A DNA stretch of 24,000 nucleotides from Candidatus Micrarchaeia archaeon (GTDB lineage: Archaea > Micrarchaeota > Micrarchaeia > Micrarchaeales > Micrarchaeaceae), in NCBI GenBank assembly GCA_049964795.1, contig JBMFWY010000001.1, positions 26,751 through 50,750 of the forward strand, in the 5' to 3' direction. The notes under the pieces were generated by a model, which searched no databases, had not been told where the DNA came from, and saw nothing but the letters and a program-made list of their open reading frames with translations. Below are positions 21,200 through 24,000 of the stretch, piece after piece (within the stretch, counting starts at the first letter, position 1; every line of letters starts with the position of its first letter). The position numbers and the translations under genes were made by a program.

Positions 21200-22563
21200 G
21201 GAAGGAAGAGACAAGCATACAGGAGTTTATAAGCTCGCAGCCTGGAGAGGAGTACTATGCAAAGCTGGTTGAAGAGCTTGTCAAGCTGAATAAGGAGTTC
21301 GGCGCCTTCAATAACATTAACAGCGCGATAAGATCCGGCTACCCCCTTAGCGTAAAAGACAACATATGTGTCAAAGGGCTCGAAACAACCGCTTCTTCGA
21401 AAGTGCTGAAGGGGTATGTGCCGCCTTTTGACGCTACGGCAGTGGAAAGGCTTGCCGAAAAGGGGTTTGGCGTAATAGGAAAAACGAACATGGACGAATT
21501 TGGCTTTGGAAGCTTTGGTCTAAACTCCGAAAATCCTGCAAGGAATCCGTTTGACAAGAACAGAGTGGCGGGAGGTTCAAGCAGCGGCGCTGCCATAGCC
21601 GCTTCGATAATAGATAACCATGTTGCACTTGCCGAATCGACAGGAGGCTCTATAGCTGCGCCCGCATCGTTCTGCGGAGTGGTCGGCTTCACCCCTACTT
21701 ACGGTGTCGTCTCGAGGTATGGCTTGATAGATTATGGCAACTCGCTAGACAAAATAGGCTTAATGGCAAGAAAAGCCGCTAAGGTGAAGTACGCCTTTGA
21801 TATCATAAGGGGAAAGGATAGGTATGATGCAACTTGCATAGATATGCCTGAGGGAAGCGAGAAGAAGAGCGCAAGCAAAAAACTGTTCGTAATAAGGAAT
21901 TTGCTTGAAAATGTTGATGAAAAGGTCAAGAAAAGCTTTGAAAGGACACTCTCAACACTTTCAGGCATGGGTTTTGAGATAGAGGAAGGCGAGCTTAAGG
22001 AGCTTGACAGTGCAATAGCAGTTTATTACATAATAGCAATGTCTGAAGCTTCAACAAACCTTGCAAAATACACGGGCTTTAAATACGGCAACAAAATCGA
22101 TGATTTCTCGAAAGAGTACAATGAATTTTTTACAGAAGCAAGAGAGGCATTTGGCAAGGAAGCTAAAAGAAGGATAATATTAGGCACATACATAAGAAGC
22201 GCAAGCGTAAGGGACAGGTATTATTACAAGGCGCTGCAGATAAGAAGGCTCATAGGAAAAAAGATATTGGAGTTGGCAAAAAGGGGACATATAGTGCTGC
22301 CTACTATGCCGATGCTTCCTCCAAAAATTGAAGACGCAGGCAAGATGAGCCCGTTGCAAGCTTATATGGTAGATATACTAACTGTGCCGGCAAACCTCAC
22401 GGGATTGCCGCATGTGTCATTTCCAACTGATTACATTGACGGCCTGCCGGTAGGGACGCAGATTATAGGGGCACCTTACGATGATTACGCCATATTAGAC
22501 GCAGTAGACAGATGGGAAGAAGGCTTCAGCTACAAGTTTGCATATAATTTGGGGTCTTTATGA
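21196..22563 (+). CDS. gatA: Asp/Glu-tRNA amidotransferase subunit A (amidase signature family)
   Basis: PLSVKDNICVKG, GKTNMDEFGFGS and the amidase signature GGSSSGAAIAAS...ESTGGSI. Confidence 0.92.
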   Translation: MRKEETSIQEFISSQPGEEYYAKLVEELVKLNKEFGAFNNINSAIRSGYPLSVKDNICVKGLETTASSKVLKGYVPPFDATAVERLAEKGFGVIGKTNMDEFGFGSFGLNSENPARNPFDKNRVAGGSSSGAAIAASIIDNHVALAESTGGSIAAPASFCGVVGFTPTYGVVSRYGLIDYGNSLDKIGLMARKAAKVKYAFDIIRGKDRYDATCIDMPEGSEKKSASKKLFVIRNLLENVDEKVKKSFERTLSTLSGMGFEIEEGELKELDSAIAVYYIIAMSEASTNLAKYTGFKYGNKIDDFSKEYNEFFTEAREAFGKEAKRRIILGTYIRSASVRDRYYYKALQIRRLIGKKILELAKRGHIVLPTMPMLPPKIEDAGKMSPLQAYMVDILTVPANLTGLPHVSFPTDYIDGLPVGTQIIGAPYDDYAILDAVDRWEEGFSYKFAYNLGSL

Positions 22564-23840
22564 AAATAGGGCTTGAGGTGCACGTGGCATTGCCTACTAA
22601 GACAAAGCTTTTCTGCAGTTGCAGGACTTATGTGGAAGAGCCCAACACCTCTATCTGCCCCGTATGCATGGGCATGCCAGGCTCAAAGCCCAAACTGAAC
22701 AAAGAAGCGCTAAGGATAGGGCTAAGCGTTTCTGATGCACTGCATTGCAAAATAAAAAGCAGGATAGGTTTCGTAAGGAAGGTATACTTTTATCCAGACT
22801 TGCCTAAAAGCTACCAGATATCGCAGCTATATGATCCGGTAGGTTACGAAGGCTATCTAGATATAGGAAGCAAGAAGATACGCATAAGGCGTGTGCAGCT
22901 TGAAGAGGACCCCGCAAGGATTTATAGGGAGGACGATTATACGCTGCTTGACTTCAACAGATCTGGCACCCCTCTTCTTGAGATAGTGACAGAGCCAGAC
23001 ATACAAAGCGAAGAAGAGCTTAGGGAATTTTATGCGGAGCTTAGGAGCGTACTTTACTACCTTGGTATAGATATAGACCAGGAAATGAAAGCTGATCTTA
23101 ACATATCACTCTCCAACTCGCGTGTTGAGATAAAAAATGTAACAGGAATAAAAAACCTTGTTGACGCGGCAAGATATGAGATCAAAAGGCAAAGTGAACT
23201 TCTTGAAAATGGAGAAGAACCGCAGATAGAAACAAGGAGCTACATCCCAGAACGCATGGTAACAGAACGCACAAGGGAAAAAGAGACTGACGAGGAATAC
23301 GGATACATATTCGAACCAGACCTTACTTTCTATTCTACAGACTTTGAAAGAGCCAAGCCTATATATGCAAGCGCGATAGCAAAGGATTATGCTGAAAAAT
23401 ATGGGGCGAGTGAGAAAACCCTTTTAGAGCTAATAGCTTATGACAAGAATGCACTTGAACTTTTGCAATTTAGTGCTGGAAAGCACAGCATGCAATCGAT
23501 AATTTCGGCGCTTGAATCGTTGAAAAAATTCAAAATGCAGATGGATCCTGAAAAATTCGAGAAAGTCATAGCCTTGATCGAGGCGAATGTGGCTATCAAC
23601 TCAGCTAACATTGGAGCAATAGCCAAAGGAGAAGAGGTAAAAATAAATAAGGCAATAAGCGAAGAGGAAATAGAAAAACGCATAGATGAGTATATCAGCT
23701 CAAATCCTGGCATTGCAGAAGAAGCCCTAAAAAATCCAAAAAGCATAAACGCAATTGTAGGTAAGGTTGTGAAAGAAACAGGTGCCAATGCAAAAATTGT
23801 ATCTCAAAAAGTAAAAGAACGTTTAGGGTTAAAGACATAG
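22560..23840 (+). CDS. gatB: Asp/Glu-tRNA amidotransferase subunit B
   Basis: KIGLEVHVAL..KTKLFCSC, ICPVCMGMPGSKPKLN, RKVYFYPDLPKSYQISQ, and a C-terminal YqeY-like tail (INAIVGKVVKETGANAK). It overlaps the gatA stop (ATGA). At 426 aa it is somewhat short for GatB, but it is clearly not GatE. Confidence 0.9.
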   Translation: MKIGLEVHVALPTKTKLFCSCRTYVEEPNTSICPVCMGMPGSKPKLNKEALRIGLSVSDALHCKIKSRIGFVRKVYFYPDLPKSYQISQLYDPVGYEGYLDIGSKKIRIRRVQLEEDPARIYREDDYTLLDFNRSGTPLLEIVTEPDIQSEEELREFYAELRSVLYYLGIDIDQEMKADLNISLSNSRVEIKNVTGIKNLVDAARYEIKRQSELLENGEEPQIETRSYIPERMVTERTREKETDEEYGYIFEPDLTFYSTDFERAKPIYASAIAKDYAEKYGASEKTLLELIAYDKNALELLQFSAGKHSMQSIISALESLKKFKMQMDPEKFEKVIALIEANVAINSANIGAIAKGEEVKINKAISEEEIEKRIDEYISSNPGIAEEALKNPKSINAIVGKVVKETGANAKIVSQKVKERLGLKT

Positions 23841-24000
23841 AAGCTGGAATTAAGGAATAAAAATAAAAAGAGGTAAAAGAGGCTGCAAAAAGCTCGTTTA
23901 TGCTATTGATGGTAATTTTTGGAGCACTAGCGTCTGCTTTGTCTCTTTATCTTTCGATCTGCTGCTGTTGTCTAGTTCACCGCTTATGTTCGTTTCCATA

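Noticed and set aside
23898-24000. A short minus-strand reading frame (about 33 codons, METNISGELDNSS...) at the right edge.
   Set aside because: It is below any sensible length threshold and is truncated by the window edge, so I cannot tell whether it is the tail of a longer gene. No motif is recognisable.
1-24000. Searched by eye for CRISPR-like spaced repeats, transposase/IS termini, integrase genes and long identical repeats.
   Set aside because: I found none. The only repeats are the divergent protein-domain repeats, the short leader repeat and the splice-site CCGGTAA duplication, all reported above. The frequent AAGCTT strings reflect Lys-Leu codon usage rather than a repeat family.

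Overview
This is an archaeal chromosomal segment of about 43% GC, made up mostly of information-processing genes. The very divergent 16S rRNA, the unlinked rRNA gene and the reduced ribosomal stalk protein suggest a small-genome, DPANN-like lineage, but that placement is inference only.

Gene content, left to right:
- DUF763 protein, then two tandem DUF4258 toxin-like paralogs.
- Ribosomal stalk operon L1-P0-P1.
- csl4-rpoL-DUF99.
- A standalone encapsulated-ferritin-like gene.
- A tight four-gene PadR / ABC ATPase / ABC-2 permease / four-repeat surface glycoprotein operon.
- A large orphan radical SAM gene.
- A solitary 16S rRNA gene.
- gltX, a small sequon-dense membrane-anchored protein, and an FKBP PPIase.
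- PIN-rpo7-spt4, a DUF488 protein, an AlaX-like editing protein, and gatCAB.

The strongest non-routine signal is the 16S gene (12465..14471). It is interrupted by a 523-nt insert whose ends fold into a bulge-helix-bulge (BHB) splice motif. The insert carries a short LAGLIDADG-type ORF with apparently degenerate catalytic motifs. The gene is flanked by a second BHB-containing processing stem, has no downstream 23S or spacer tRNA, and carries compensated substitutions at positions normally near-invariant (530 loop, h44 decoding site, central pseudoknot).

Secondary leads are a P0 stalk protein lacking the conserved C-terminal tail, the orphan EncFtn, the PadR-ABC-surface protein module and the DUF4258 pair. 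I saw no CRISPR array, transposase or recognisable defence island. All family assignments are by-eye motif recognition and no searches were run.
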